63,718 bases of DNA, filler included, from Olpidium bornovanus S191 (GCA_017911155.1; 28 parts of 28 records of this genome joined end to end with filler, not necessarily neighbours in it), one strand, 5' to 3'. Positions 1-12,538 are shown, counted from the first letter of the whole stretch. Numbers and translations are program-made. The notes: generated by a model not told the origin, from the letters alone.

Positions 1-1733
1 CATGAATTCTGCCTGGCATTCCTTAAACAGAACCCCGAATATATCGCGAACGGCCTACAGCCCGAAGTTAGCTACAGCCCGAACAGCAAATTATGCAGCA
101 GAACGGACTAGGATCTACCTCAGCAACACGTTCTCTAATTTCAGCCCTATCGGGAACTCGGATACAAATCTGCTGTAACAACACCACGCCCATCCTGTGC
201 AGTTCCGCGTTTGGTACTCCATCGTCAACTCTTGCATAGGAGGTATCGGCGCTTGCAGTGGAACCGCCTTCTGAGTGCAACTTGTAGATGGCAGACCTTC
301 CCAGAACGTCGGTTCATTAACGGAAAGGATAACTGGTGCATGGATCAGTGCAGGAGAGAAACCTACTTGACAAATTTGACCGTTAATCTATTCGACTTCA
401 CCGACTCTTTGTCGGCAGAAAAATTCGGACCCGATTTTGTATTGTGCAACATCAGAATATTGCTGACTAATGCCCTAAATGCCTTCAAGATAATCCGGCG
501 TTACTATCACGGGCGTTCATGGTACGTCAATAGTGGACCGCACGTACCTGCGAGAGTATATCCCGCATTTGGCCATGTCTGGGGCTCAATATCGCCGTCA
601 ATCCACGATACGCCAAGCTCCTACACCGTTCCAAAACCATCTTATCCCTAAACAATCAAACGTTATTGTGAGATCTGATGCTCGACGTCCTCGATAACAA
701 ACCCGCCACTTCTGCAGCGATTCATACGTACTCGAACTTCTTCAGTGTACAAGCGATTGAGGTCAGTTTCGTAAAGAATTCCGCGATCTGCAGCGCTTCT
801 TCATGGAACTCGCGGAAGGAGACCGAAGACGCCAGCAGCTCCAGCTCCTTAACCACGATTTCAAAGCACCGGGCAATATCCTTCCGGGTCGTGCGAATCG
901 CAGCCTGGGCGTCGACAACTTCCATCTCGTCGTAGGAAACGTCGACCGAGACAGCGTCATGTAAAATATTGGAGGGCTCGAGAAGTTTCGGATATTCACC
1001 GAGAAAACGGACAACAGCCTGAAAGGCCAACGAATAAAAGCCGCCGTAAGCGCGGCTGCCTGGCGAAGGGACCGTGGCAGCCGCGACGATGGAGCCGAAT
1101 CAGAATCGCAGCGCGAACCGGCCGACGTGTGAGATTCGGTTTGTACGGAACCTTTCACGCGCAGGAGGCGCAGGTAGGCCACGGCGGCAAGGAGACCGCG
1201 CGTCGCACGATAGACGGAATATGGATCTGCCAAACCGACAAGCTTGTTCAAAAACGCGATCAGCCGTCGAACCGTAATGGCACCGTGTTTCGGCCGCGCA
1301 ACGCTTCCCGGCAAAGTTTCCGTGGGAGCTGGCGAGTCATGCGTTGCAAACAGAGCCCAAAATTCTGCGATTTATGCCGCCGTAAGCGCCTGCACGGTTA
1401 GACTACCGAACATAAGTGCTTCTGCGCGCAAACACTGCGCACCAGGCTTTCAAGGAAGACCCCCGTCAAACCTTCCGCGTCTTCCCGCGCGCACCATCTC
1501 TGCAGGAGGTCGTTTAATTCAATGAGGACCTCGACGCTGGCTGCCGCGACGCAGGGCTCGGTCTCGTCGGCATCCGGCTCCAAGTTCAGCTCGTCGACCA
1601 AAGGCACCGAGGCCGGCAAGGCGCACCCCTGGTCGCCGGCGTCGCCAAAGAGATCGGTGACGAACCGTTCGGGCACCAACGAAAGCGGGAGCGAGTCCGC
1701 TAGAAAAACAGCGGTCTGTTCCGTGGGCGCCAT
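1..1733 (-). CDS. NCAPD3: Condensin II non-SMC subunit CAP-D3, 5' part, multi-exon, runs off the contig
   Basis: Hand-spliced exons read ..RATRGLLAAVAYLRLLRVKGSRAYGGFYSLAFQAVVRFL.., CRSLAYRGLTAILSPRHGQMRDILSQAFRALVSNILML and VLLQQICIRVPDRAEIRERVAEAVRDIF. These match, in order, the CAP-D3 N-terminal motifs as I recall them (GLHAAGLYFLLLEVPGS, LAYYGLYLLCSPIHG, LLQHICAKVVDKSEYR). Introns are GT-AG. Confidence 0.8.
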
Positions 1734-2818
1734 ATTCCGCTCGCGTCTCTCGGCGGCGGGAGTGAGTGTGCCGCGTTGTTTGCGTGCGTGCACCGAACGT
1801 TTTTAATCTGCGAGCTGCAGGCAAACGCAGTCCGGTCACGTGACATTGTGCGGGGTTGCCGAAGTTTGGCGCCTTACCGAGGCTGGCGGCCGCCCGTGGC
1901 GGTGACGGTCAGTTCGGGCCCGGCAGCATCGGCCCTACCTGCCCAGCCCAGAGCCCAACACTTTCCCTACTACGATCCGTTCTGTGTCAGTGAACCTTCG
2001 GAAGCTGAAATTCTGCCGGCTTAGCTTCGGAGCTTCGTTTGAGGTGTTTGTCCAAGACGTATCCAAAGGAAAGAAAGACATCACGAATTATCTAGAGAGA
2101 TTTGATCGGCGAGTTCAACCTTTGAATCTTGTAGACATTGACATTGTCGCCAAATGATTGCTTATCGTTTCATCCTTTTCACGCGGGTGGGCCCGTAAAT
2201 CCGTGAGCTCCTATACGAGAGACGCGTAAAGCACGAAGAGCGAGGAGAGCTGCCGAGCGGAGCGCAGGGACGGGCGGAAGGCGCCAGCGGGATCCGGTGG
2301 CGCCCCGCAAACGGTGACGGGAAGTCAAAAATTGTTGAACTGATGATGGCAAGCAAACAACAGAAGCTGCGGAGATTGGGGCGTGGGGGGCAATATAACG
2401 TGGCGTCGACCGCAAGTTCATTGCTGCTCGGTGCACATGTAGCGCCCGCTACCGCCGTGGAATTGGGCGCCCTCGGGCCGCCAAGACCACACCGTCACTG
2501 AGGTTACCGCAGTCCATACGGACGTCTCCAGTGTGCAATGGCCCGCGACAGTAATGGCAGCACCCGCAGCCGTACCGCGCGACGTCCTTGGCGATACTTC
2601 TACCAGGCGGTACCGATTCATGTCCCGGAGATGCTGAATCTTGTCGGTGCGATCCGTCAATTTTTTGTTCTCAGCATCGGCAATGGATGGCTCCGAGTCA
2701 TGTGCGACGATGCCGCGGTTGTGGCGGCATTCGGCGGCCAGGGAGCTCGTGATCTTCGGCTCAATAAGCCGCAGAAATTACACTTCCGACCTCCAGTTCC
2801 GCCACGGCTCCGCTCTGA

Positions 2819-2918
2819 NNNNNNNNNNNNNNNNNNNNNNNNNNNNNNNNNNNNNNNNNNNNTTAATTAATTAANNNNNNNNNNNNNNNNNNNNNNNNNN
2901 NNNNNNNNNNNNNNNNNN
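2819..2918. other. Artificial contig-joining linker (first of 27)
   Basis: 44 N + palindromic TTAATTAATTAA (stops in all six frames) + 44 N. Identical 100-nt linkers start at 2819, 5120, 6552, 8118, 10321, 12322, 15363, 17976, 21786, 23639, 27756, 29581, 31179, 34706, 36306, 37412, 40484, 43602, 46176, 48010, 49778, 52283, 54208, 56955, 59600, 61150 and 62614. Confidence 0.99.
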
Positions 2919-4335
2919 AGCTCTTAATTTGGTGTCGCTTCGGCATTTTGGCTCTATCGGGTGGTGCAAACTTCCCACGCCTCGTCTTCACAGCATCTGC
3001 CGGTGTGCTGGCAGACCGAACTGCTGTTGACGGGCCATGCCCGAGTTGACAGCCTTCTGCGTTGTTAGCACCGTCGCTGTCATCGACGTCTTGCCGTCTC
3101 GGCCGTGCCCCCCGAACCGCGGCTCCACGACTACCCCAAATATCGGGATCTTTCGAAACCGCACTGCTGTGCGGAGCGGTCGGTCGTCGCCATTCCACAT
3201 CATCTGCCTCTTGCGCAAGTGTCACGGACGCGGCGGAGGCGTCGTCATTCTCTTGGCTGCTTATGTTTAGCCGTGATTTCGACGAGAGCAGCCTCCTCCG
3301 CTTCGTTTTTAGCGTCACGGCCGCCTCGTCCGCGCAGTCACCGTCGTGGCCCGTTCCGCTTTCTGCTAAAGGTTCGTGCGGTCGCTTCCAATGTCCATCC
3401 TGCTCGGCGCATGTGGCACTGCTCACTCGCTCCTGCGGCGCGGCCGCCCGATCCCTGGCTCGTTTACCTTGCGCGTCGTCACGGCCGGGCGTTTGGTCAG
3501 TTGGCGGCAACGCGGTCCTGTCCACGACACCTGCGGGCTTGTCCCGCAGCAATCCACGCCGTCGCGTTCCAGCCGCGAAGACAGGCGTATCGAAAAGGTC
3601 TGGACTGCCCAGGCTGGAGGTAAGGAGACGGACATTGCTCTCGAACGGGGTGGAGAGCTCTCCAGGCTCGAAGGAGGCTGTGGCGGACTGCCGAACACTC
3701 TGGTCATAGTAGGTGACGCCACTGCCATATACGACACGCGACGCGTTGCCAAATTTGGTGATCTTGGGTGGCGGCACAACCGACCGAAGTTACGGACAGG
3801 TTAGCTCGACTGCAACGAGGAGCAGAACAACACGGAATGCGGTGCTCACCACTTCTCGCTGAGTCGCCTGCTGCGTTCCCAGGTCAAGTTCGTCGTCCGA
3901 AGGCAGAAGCACCGGCTCGTGCACTGGACGCAGTTGAAAGTACGGAGGTCGGGAGGACAACGGCTTAGATCTTGCGTAAAACCTTTTCCGTGGCTTTCTT
4001 TCTGCGCGCGAAGAGGGGGGGGGGGGGGGGGGTGGGGGGTCGGCCCGCACGCCGCCCGGGAACGCCGACAACTTGGGGCCACAAAAGGCGGAGACAGACG
4101 TACCCACCAGGGGCGAAAACGAGTACCTCTGGGTGCCGGCGTTCCCGCCGCCGTATTTGCTGTTGCAGCTGCTGTTCGCCGCCGGGTTGCCGTCGTCCTC
4201 GACGCTGTCCGCGACCTCGCGCCGGCGGGCGGCGGCTGCGGGCCTGCGCTCGTGATGGCGAGGGGCCCTTGCGGCGGCCTCCAGCAGTTCGAGCTCCGGC
4301 GAGGAAGGGAGGGAGGAAGGGATCACCTCGGCCAT
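2919..4335 (-). CDS. Hypothetical low-complexity protein, 5' part
   Basis: ATG at 4335 (MAEVIPSSLPSSPELE..), then a stop-free stretch of about 290 codons (3777-2919) that is S/T/D/R-rich with a KTKRRR NLS-like motif. No recognisable domain. Confidence 0.35.
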
Positions 4336-5294
4336 CCGCTCGCGTGTGGCGCTCCGGCGTTCGGAACAGGAGGGCAGCGCCGAAGAGGGAGGAGGGGGCC
4401 TGGCCTCGGAGAGCGGCCAGGCGGCGGGGGGCGTGGGGGCGTGGGGGCGTGGGCGGAAAATGGGGGTTGGGTCGGGTCGGGAGAGAGGTGCGGGAGGGGC
4501 ACCCGTACGACCGGCGGAGGAAAATCGGGCGGGGCGGGTAAAGCCGTGTTGGTGTGTGCACTTCGGAGCCGAGCAGAGCGCCACCGGGGGCCCGTCGCAC
4601 GGAGACGGGAAGAGATGAAGGGAAAGCTGTTGAGCATGACAATCATCGTCTTCATGGCCTTTTGTCATTCTTCAACTCGTTGCTCGCCGTGACATCCTAA
4701 AACGTCTGTGGTTCTGGGTCCAGCAGGTTCGGCTCCGTCAGCAACAAGTTCGCATACATTCTTGGTGTTGAATTCCGCAGATTGTTCTTCTCACAGTACC
4801 CCGTTGTGGGAATGAAAATCGATAAGTGCGGATTCAAAACACAGGTGTATGAGCCGAAAAGGCGAGAAGACGGGGGCCAACAATTGGCAACCAAAGAGTT
4901 GAGGCGCGGAATACGAGAGGACTCAAAAATTGCGGGATAATAGTTCCCGCGGCGTACTCGATTTTTTGGCCGCCGTATTTTCCCCACGTTTTTTGAGTTT
5001 CGGGTTGACACACACGTTGCAAATTAAACTCACGCGTTACATTGGGGAAAAAGACGAACGTATTGCTTCGCCATCCCAACCACGCAAACCCTCCCAGCAT
5101 ACCAAAATTAGCGACCATGNNNNNNNNNNNNNNNNNNNNNNNNNNNNNNNNNNNNNNNNNNNNTTAATTAATTAANNNNNNNNNNNNNNNNNNNNNNNNN
5201 NNNNNNNNNNNNNNNNNNNGCGCCGACGGCGATACCCATGGTTTGGTCGAAGTCTTGATCCGAGAAGTAGATTTTTTTCTGCGTTCGTTTTTTT

Positions 5295-5345
<51 letters not shown>

Positions 5346-5583
5346 CCATTGCGTGCTTTTCCTTTCTCGGGCGGGTCGGGATGGGTTTTGTTGTGACAAA
5401 AAAAGAGGGTGCGTTTTCCAAAAACAACGCGGCCCACGCTTTCTGCGTGGCAGAAAACGCCACGCGAGCAGCGCGCGAGCCAGGGAAACGCTCCCCCCCC
5501 CCCTGGCCGGTCGCGTCGGAATCCGCGCAACCGCGCACTCCGCCCCTTCCTTCGTCCGGCAAAGTCCCCCGCCGCCGGTCGGG

Positions 5584-6378
5584 ATGCTGCGGAGCCTCTC
5601 GCGCGTCCGCCCCCGCGCCCCCGCCAGCCTCGTCTTTCGGTGCCCCCCCGCGTCTCGCGCCGCCCCCGCGCCCCCGGCGCAGCTCTGCCGATCGCCAGTC
5701 CCTCCCCCGCCGTCCGACCCCGCCGCCGGGCCGCGTGTTCCGAACGCCCTCCTCGCCCGGGCGCCCGCCCCGGCCTGGCGCCGACGCGCGGTCCTGCCCG
5801 GCGCCCTCGGCTCCGCGGCCGCGGCCCGTGCGCTTCCCTGGACCGCCGCCGCCCCGGCGGCTCCGCGGGTTGCCCGCCGCTTCTCGTCGATGTCGTCCGG
5901 CGGCAAAGACTGCCAGCGGGACGTGCGGCAGGCGGGCCAGGACCGGCCCATACACACGCTGATCGAGGAGGATCTGGAGCTCGAAGGTTCGCGGCTGTTT
6001 TCGGCGATCCTTTCTGCTGTCGTTTGAAACAGCGGGCGGAGTGTGGAAGGGGGGAGGGGGGGGGGAAGGCGGGAGGGGAAATGGGGAGGAAAAGGGGGGG
6101 ATTGGAGGCCGGGCGACTGGCCTGATCCGTCTGTTCCCTTTCTCAGAGCTCGACCTCAACCTGTACCGCTCGCGCCGCTTGTGGCTTCCGGTCGGCGCTC
6201 GAGGCGTGTTTGGTACGCAAGGCACTGCGGATGCGCGTCTTGCCGTGACGCGCCACATGCGGGACTTCCCAATCCTTCCCGCCTCACCAGAAACGTTGCA
6301 CTTCGTCTAGGCGGCCAAGTGGTCGGGCAGGCGCTTGCGGCAGCGATCAAGACAGTGCCGGCTCAATACCGCGTGCAC
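5584..6378 (+). CDS. TES1: Acyl-CoA thioesterase II (ACOT8/Tes1/TesB family), 5' part
   Basis: Exons 5584-5986, 6147-6212 and 6311-6378 splice to ..LIEEDLELEELDLNLYRSRRLWLPVGARGVFGGQVVGQALAAAIKTVPAQYRVH. Contains the RGVFGGQVVGQAL signature. Confidence 0.9.
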
Positions 6379-8217
6379 GTGAGTGGCCCAGCGCGGACCT
6401 CTCCTCTCTTCCCCCCCTCCCCTGGCGTCCTGAAGCCTAGCGGTGCCCGATGGTGACCGGCCGGCAAAACGTCCTGCGTTCGTACCCCCTCCCCCTCCCC
6501 CCCCTCCCCCCCCCCCCCCCCCCCGCCCCCCCCCACCCCCCCCCGCACGCANNNNNNNNNNNNNNNNNNNNNNNNNNNNNNNNNNNNNNNNNNNNTTAAT
6601 TAATTAANNNNNNNNNNNNNNNNNNNNNNNNNNNNNNNNNNNNNNNNNNNNCCATGCCGGGAGCTCTGCGGAAAATTCCATACCAGCCAGGGGACTTCGT
6701 GATTCCGGCTGCGAACAAGGCGCATACCTACTCGAGGTGCGCCACCTCTCGAGATTCAAACCTCGAGGATGTCGAGACTCTCAATGCACCCTCAGAGATT
6801 TATCGACGCGGTGTTACTCCGAAGGGAGAATGTTTTGCGAAAAAGCCAAACGAAGGAGGAGGGCAGCGGACGCCGTGACGGAGAGGGCGTTAGGATTGCC
6901 GCTGCTGTTGTCCCCAGCGAACGCTTGCGGCGTTCCCGCGCGCCCGCCCGCCTCGGCGGACTCGTCGTCATCGGCGTCTCTTGCACCCTCGTCTACAGCG
7001 GAGTCGACTACTTCCGAGGCCGCGCCCACCGGGACCTCGATTCCCGACCCTTCCGCCTCCGCCTAGCTTTTAATCTTGTTCTTCGGAACCCGAAATAAAG
7101 CCTTGATATAACATTGGGACTCTGTGCTCGTGTTGTGGATTTTTCGATGTAATTTTGACAAGTGTAAACCCTTGCCAACCAGCATAGTCGTTATTGGTTC
7201 CGGCTGTTGTCTCGTCCGCAGCCCCAGTAGAACCCGTCCCTGTTTCTGACCTGACGGTCGGAGCCTTGGCGTGCGACTCTCCTACTACCTGATCCGACCG
7301 TCCGTATCGCTGCAGAAGAATAGTGAGTATAGTCCGGTCCCGAGTGCATCTCCTTTAGCCTTATGTTTATCCACTTTTTGATGACTGCAGCTATTATGGA
7401 TATTTTCCCGCATTTCCCGAAGGTTTTCCTGGGTTCGCAGACTGCCTACGTATCCTCGATGAGGAATCAGGGCGTTCGTAGTTCGAACTCGTTGTCACTC
7501 AGCCAGCGCCCGCTTCTCCAGTTTGATCTCCGTCTACTCGCGGACGGATAAGCTTCAACCGCATTCCGAAATACCGCGTTTTTTAACATCGTACCGTCCA
7601 GTTCTCGTAAGCTGCATTCGCAAGTCGCAGGAGTAATTGCCGCAATCACGTACGTTCCGAACCATCGTGGTATTGAACAACTGGTGTCATCCTAAACACC
7701 AGCACATGGGCTTTTCATGTCACGCAACCTTTTGGTGTGGCAGCCAGCAAGGAAAGGGTGTCCACACCCCATCTCAAAAACAAAACGCGTCGCGAGATTT
7801 TGTTGGGCAAGAAATAGCATGAACGACTGGAAAATCATGGGAAGGCTGGACGTGGCGGGCAAGACTTCAGGGGGAAAAAAAGGGGGGAGGAGGGGGGGGA
7901 GGGGCAGCCAGACCATAGGGTCGATTTTTACAAGAATTGCTAGACAAACGGCGCAGATTGCTGAAGCATTGGGAGTGGTGGGCCAAACAGCGACTTCATG
8001 CCAGACTCCCGGTCTGCCGCCCGGTCAGGCAAGACTGAAGGCCCTCCGGCCAGCGACCAGATTTCGTCCCCGGCGGAGTCCGGCTCCTCGTCCGCAGGCC
8101 TCACGGTCGTTTTTGGGNNNNNNNNNNNNNNNNNNNNNNNNNNNNNNNNNNNNNNNNNNNNTTAATTAATTAANNNNNNNNNNNNNNNNNNNNNNNNNNN
8201 NNNNNNNNNNNNNNNNN

Positions 8218-8257
<40 letters not shown>

Positions 8258-8276
8258 CTTCCCCACCGCCGCCGAC

Positions 8277-8739
8277 ATGGCGCCGTCGCTGCCCCTGGTG
8301 GCCGCGCTGGACAGCCGCGCCGTCGACCCCCGCCCCGGCGCCTCGCTCTCGCTGCGCGCTCGGAGGATCCAGCGGAGCCCCTACTTCTCCAGGCGGTTCA
8401 GCCTCGACCGGAAGCTCCAGGGCCACGACGGCTGCGTCAACACCGTCGTGTGGAGCGCGAGCGGCCACGCAATACTCTCGGGGAGCGGTGAGTGGGCGAG
8501 GGAAGACCGAGGGGAGCCGGGTGCTGTGGGGGGGAGGTGGGGGTGGGGGTGGGGAAAGAGATATAACCTCGGCTCCGTCGTCGCGGCTTTGCCGTGGCGG
8601 GGGGCCGCCACGCGCGCAACCGACAAACTGCGCCGAACCCGGAGAGGAGTGGGACGTCCTTCGGCTGACCTGACCCGCCTCCGTGCTTGTCCTCCCGCGC
8701 TCTGGCCGGTCCCGTCGTAAAGACGGTGAGTTGAAGAGA

Positions 8740-8775
<36 letters not shown>

Positions 8776-8815
8776 CCCCGCGGTGCGCCGTGCCTCGAAG
8801 CGGCGGGGGTGGCAG

Positions 8816-8849
<34 letters not shown>

Positions 8850-10320
8850 CGGATCGGGCCGCCGTTTCTCCCGTGAGAAAGGCTTCCCTGCTTTTGACGG
8901 TTTCTGCGCCTCGCGATCCCCTGCCCTTGACTCGCAGACTGCTGTCTGAACATATGGCGGCCGGACGCGCCGCGGCCTTTGGTGCACTCCATCCGTGAGT
9001 ATGCTGCCGTCCGGCATCCCTGCTAGTCCCTTTCCTTCCTTTTTTCCTTCTGCGTCCGTCGCCCTGATTTCCGGCTCCGCAGGTTCCGGCCACATGACGA
9101 ACATCTTCAGCGCCAAGTGGCTCTCAAACACCGACGAACGCCACGTCATCAGCTGCAGTGCGGACGGCGTCGTCCGCTTCACCAACCTGGACGACTTCGT
9201 TCACAAGAGCGCGCTTCAAAGTTGGACCCCGGGGAATCCCTTTCGGTGCCACGCGGGAATGACGTACGAGGTCACGCCCGAGCCGGCGGATCCCCACGTT
9301 TTTTTCGGTACGGTCCCGTTCTCACGCCGCGACCAGGGCGCGTTATCCGTCTTCCGCTCGCTGCGAAGCGCAAAAAAAAAAAAAAAAATCTGTGCTCACC
9401 GCGCGTTGCCTGTCCGACCGTTCACCAAAAACAAGATTGGTGAGTGCCATACGCGTCTAGATTTCGTGCCAAACGGACGGGATACCGGGTCCAAAGCCCC
9501 GCTGCGTAGTGACTCGGACACGTCGGCCGCACCGTTAGCTCAGAGGACGGGACGGTGAACTCGTACGACTTGCGAGAGAAATCGTGGTGCGACTGCCGCG
9601 GCGATTGCCGGCGTCACGTCCTGATAGACGTGGGCCGCGGGTCGCGCAGGAGGCGGACTCGGCGTTTTGCTTTCCTCAACGCGAACCCCGAGGTGGGCGT
9701 CACGGCGATTTCGGTCCGTCCGGACTTCCCCGCTCACCTTGCTCTGGCTTGCGCGGACGACACTGTGGCGGTGTACGACCGCAGGTTCCCCGGACGTTCG
9801 CCCAGGGGCTCAAGCCACTCCTCCCGTCCGCAAATGATCTATTCTTTTATCCCGAACTCGATGCGGCCCGAGCCGAACAGCTCGCCCGCCAGCCCGTCCG
9901 TCGCGGGTAACCGCAACCGTGCCGCCGTTCGACACCGTATACCGCACAAGATCACGTCGCTCAAGTATGACCCCTGCGGGGGCGGCGACCTCCTGGTGAG
10001 CTATTCGCGGGAGAAGCTTTTCCTGATCCGCCCCTGTGGCCTCGACGGTGGGTCGCACCGGCCAGGTGCGCGCGGAGGCGTCGGCGTCGGCGGCGGCGGC
10101 TACCGCTTGAAGCGGGCGAACCGGTCGTCCGAGTCCTCCAGCTCTTTCGGCGGGCTCGACGGCGCAGCGACGCGCAAAAAAGTCGCGAGGCGGGATTCCG
10201 GCGAGACGTCGACAGGTTCGTCAACGTCGCGGCGGAAGCCGAGGGGAAGGGACTACTGGAAGAGGGGCGAGGGGAGCACCGAGAGCTCCGCGTCCGGTGC
10301 GGCCGAAAACGGGATCATGA
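8277..10320 (+). CDS. DCAF6: WD40 DDB1/CUL4-associated factor 6-like (DCAF6/WDTC1 group), 5' part
   Basis: GHDGCVNTVVWSASGHAILSGSDD..RSGHMTNIFSAKW..VISCSADG..FRCHAGMTYEV..FFDCSEDGTV..YDRR..ITSLKY..LLVSYSRE. Requires micro-exons at 8723-8725 and 9436-9439. Confidence 0.9.
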
Positions 10321-10813
10321 NNNNNNNNNNNNNNNNNNNNNNNNNNNNNNNNNNNNNNNNNNNNTTAATTAATTAANNNNNNNNNNNNNNNNNNNNNNNN
10401 NNNNNNNNNNNNNNNNNNNNCATGGGCAACTGTGATGTTTAAAAAAAGAAATCCCCCGATAAGTTGTACCACTTTATAGGGAATTTACATACTAATTTCT
10501 GGCTATTGCGACCGTATATGTGACTGTGACTGTTAAAAAAAATTCCCGAATTAGCTATACCACTAATGAAGGAATTACTGTACATATGCTATCGATTATA
10601 TTTTGCTTTAGATTTTAGGAGCAATGGTTAATGCAGCACAATTGGTCCTGTGCATGCAGACTCCGCCCGGGGGGAAGAGAAAGGGGAAAGGGCGAAAGGG
10701 TGAAGAGGACCGCACCAGTGAACGCGATAGTGTAAAAGAAACCCAGAAGGACCAAAAAAAAAAAAAACCAGCCACGCAAGCGGTCCGAGCGTTTGAATCC
10801 CCGCGCTATCGCC

Positions 10814-10862
10814 ATGGACGACGACGAACTCGCGCAGCTCAGGGCCAGGAGGCTCGCCGACA

Positions 10863-10896
<34 letters not shown>

Positions 10897-12077
10897 CCAG
10901 GTGTGCGCACTTCCCCGCGTTGCCCTTGCACTTTCCTCCTGGCGTCGTGCTCGTCCGGCGAAGACGAAACGCCCCGGCTTCCCGGCCTCCCGTCCGCCGC
11001 TCAACCGCCCGGCTTCGTGCGGTGTCCCGGCCCGGGCGGAGCCCGCTGCGACGGGGGCGAAAGAGGAGTGAAACGCCCATTTGTTCTCGAAAAACCGGTT
11101 CTTTTTCGTCGCGCCCCCCTGAAAAAACGCCCGTGGCGGCCGCGCTGGCGTTTCTCACTTTTTTGCATTTCTTTACCGCCGCGTTCCAAAAACCAGAGCG
11201 CCTCTTCCAGTCCCATGGGCGGCATGGCCGCTGGAGGCAAGGATGAAGAGAAGGAAAGGTGAAGTCCCGGATCCCTGGGGAAGCGGGGTGGGAAAGGGGG
11301 GCGTTGCCGCAGAAATCCTGGGCTATTCGATCCTTGCGCTAGCCGCCGTCCTGGTCTTTTTTTTTTATTTATTCGCCTCGCCGTTTCGCGACTTTCTCTT
11401 TTTCTTTTTCCTTGCTCGTTTCAGGGAGATGGAAGAAATGCGGCGGTCGATGGTACGGAGAAGCTGTGAGTCCCGAGGTTACCTCTCCCGCGCGGCGGAC
11501 GCCGCTCACCCCACCTATCGACGAATTGACTTCTCGCCCGGGCGGGCGTTCTGAGGCAGCTCGCGCAGATCCTTGATAATTCGGCGCGAGAGCGGTGTAA
11601 GTTCCCCTGCCTTCCTCCCCCCCCACCCCCACCTTCCCCTTCTTGCCTCCGCGAAATCGAGGGGTGCTTCCACCAAACGGAAACGCGGCCGAGGCGATGG
11701 CAGTGCTGACAAGAAGCAAAACGGGTTTTCGCTCCTCGGGTGCTGTGTTTGGGAACTGCGGGCGAAACCGCGGTCCCAGTGTCGCGCATCACCCTGGTGA
11801 AGCCGCAAAAGGCGCGCGGCGTTGAGGACCTTCTGATAAGGATGGCTCGGGGAGGCCAACTTCGCCAGAAGGTCGGGGAGACGGAACTCAGGGACCTTCT
11901 GGGACAAATCGCGGACAGCCAACCGGCGGCGAAGAAGATTACGGTGAGATGCGAGGGAGTTTCCTAGTTGAAAGCTTGGAAACTGATTTCACCAGCTAAT
12001 TCGCTGTTTCCGCGTTACGTTTACAGTATAGTCGTCGCGTATCTGCCGACGACTCTGATGACGACTATGGCCTTTGA
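10814..12077 (+). CDS. PDCD5: Programmed cell death protein 5 / dsDNA-binding protein (Sdd2-like), complete
   Basis: MDDDELAQLRARRLADIQ(polyQ)..EMEEMRRSMLAQILDNSARERLSRITLVKPQKARGVEDLLIRMARGGQLRQKVGETELRDLL..YSRRVSADDSDDDYGL*. Six exons, GT-AG. Confidence 0.92.
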
Positions 12078-12538
12078 GGTCTTGATTACCGACATTTTGT
12101 CATATATGCTTGCTCAAGCCGCCTCAAAAAGTGAAATAGCTTTGTTCTGCGCAAACCCCCCCCCCCGCCCCCCCCGCTCTCACACCACCACCTGCCCTCG
12201 TAATTTCGCGAGAAGAAATGTCCTCGCCGCTGCTGAGTAAGCCGGATGGAAATCTATTTGGAAAAAGTTTCTCCGAAAAGCTCACGATGCTGGAAAGAGC
12301 TGTGCGTTTCGAACCCATGAGNNNNNNNNNNNNNNNNNNNNNNNNNNNNNNNNNNNNNNNNNNNNTTAATTAATTAANNNNNNNNNNNNNNNNNNNNNNN
12401 NNNNNNNNNNNNNNNNNNNNNAGAAGGGTCCTGGAAAGAAGAAAAAAAATAACGTGACGGCGTTCAACGAAAAAAAAAAAAAAAAACCCTAAGGACGCGA
12501 ACAAAAAAAAAATAATAATAAAAACAAAATCGACTCAC

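Noticed and set aside
876-883. ATATCCTT U12-like donor (also at 32597-32604)
   Set aside because: At 876 it is antisense within a CAP-D3 exon. At 32597 no plus-strand gene could be supported.
2863-2874. Recurring TTAATTAATTAA palindrome as a regulatory repeat or CRISPR repeat
   Set aside because: Always centred in N-runs with a fixed 44+12+44 geometry, so it is a six-frame-stop assembly spacer.
3790-6258. Many long Arg/Pro/Gly-rich ORFs in the six-frame track (also 60206-62454 and elsewhere)
   Set aside because: Products of high GC, homopolymers and antisense or intron read-through. No domains, and several run through N linkers.
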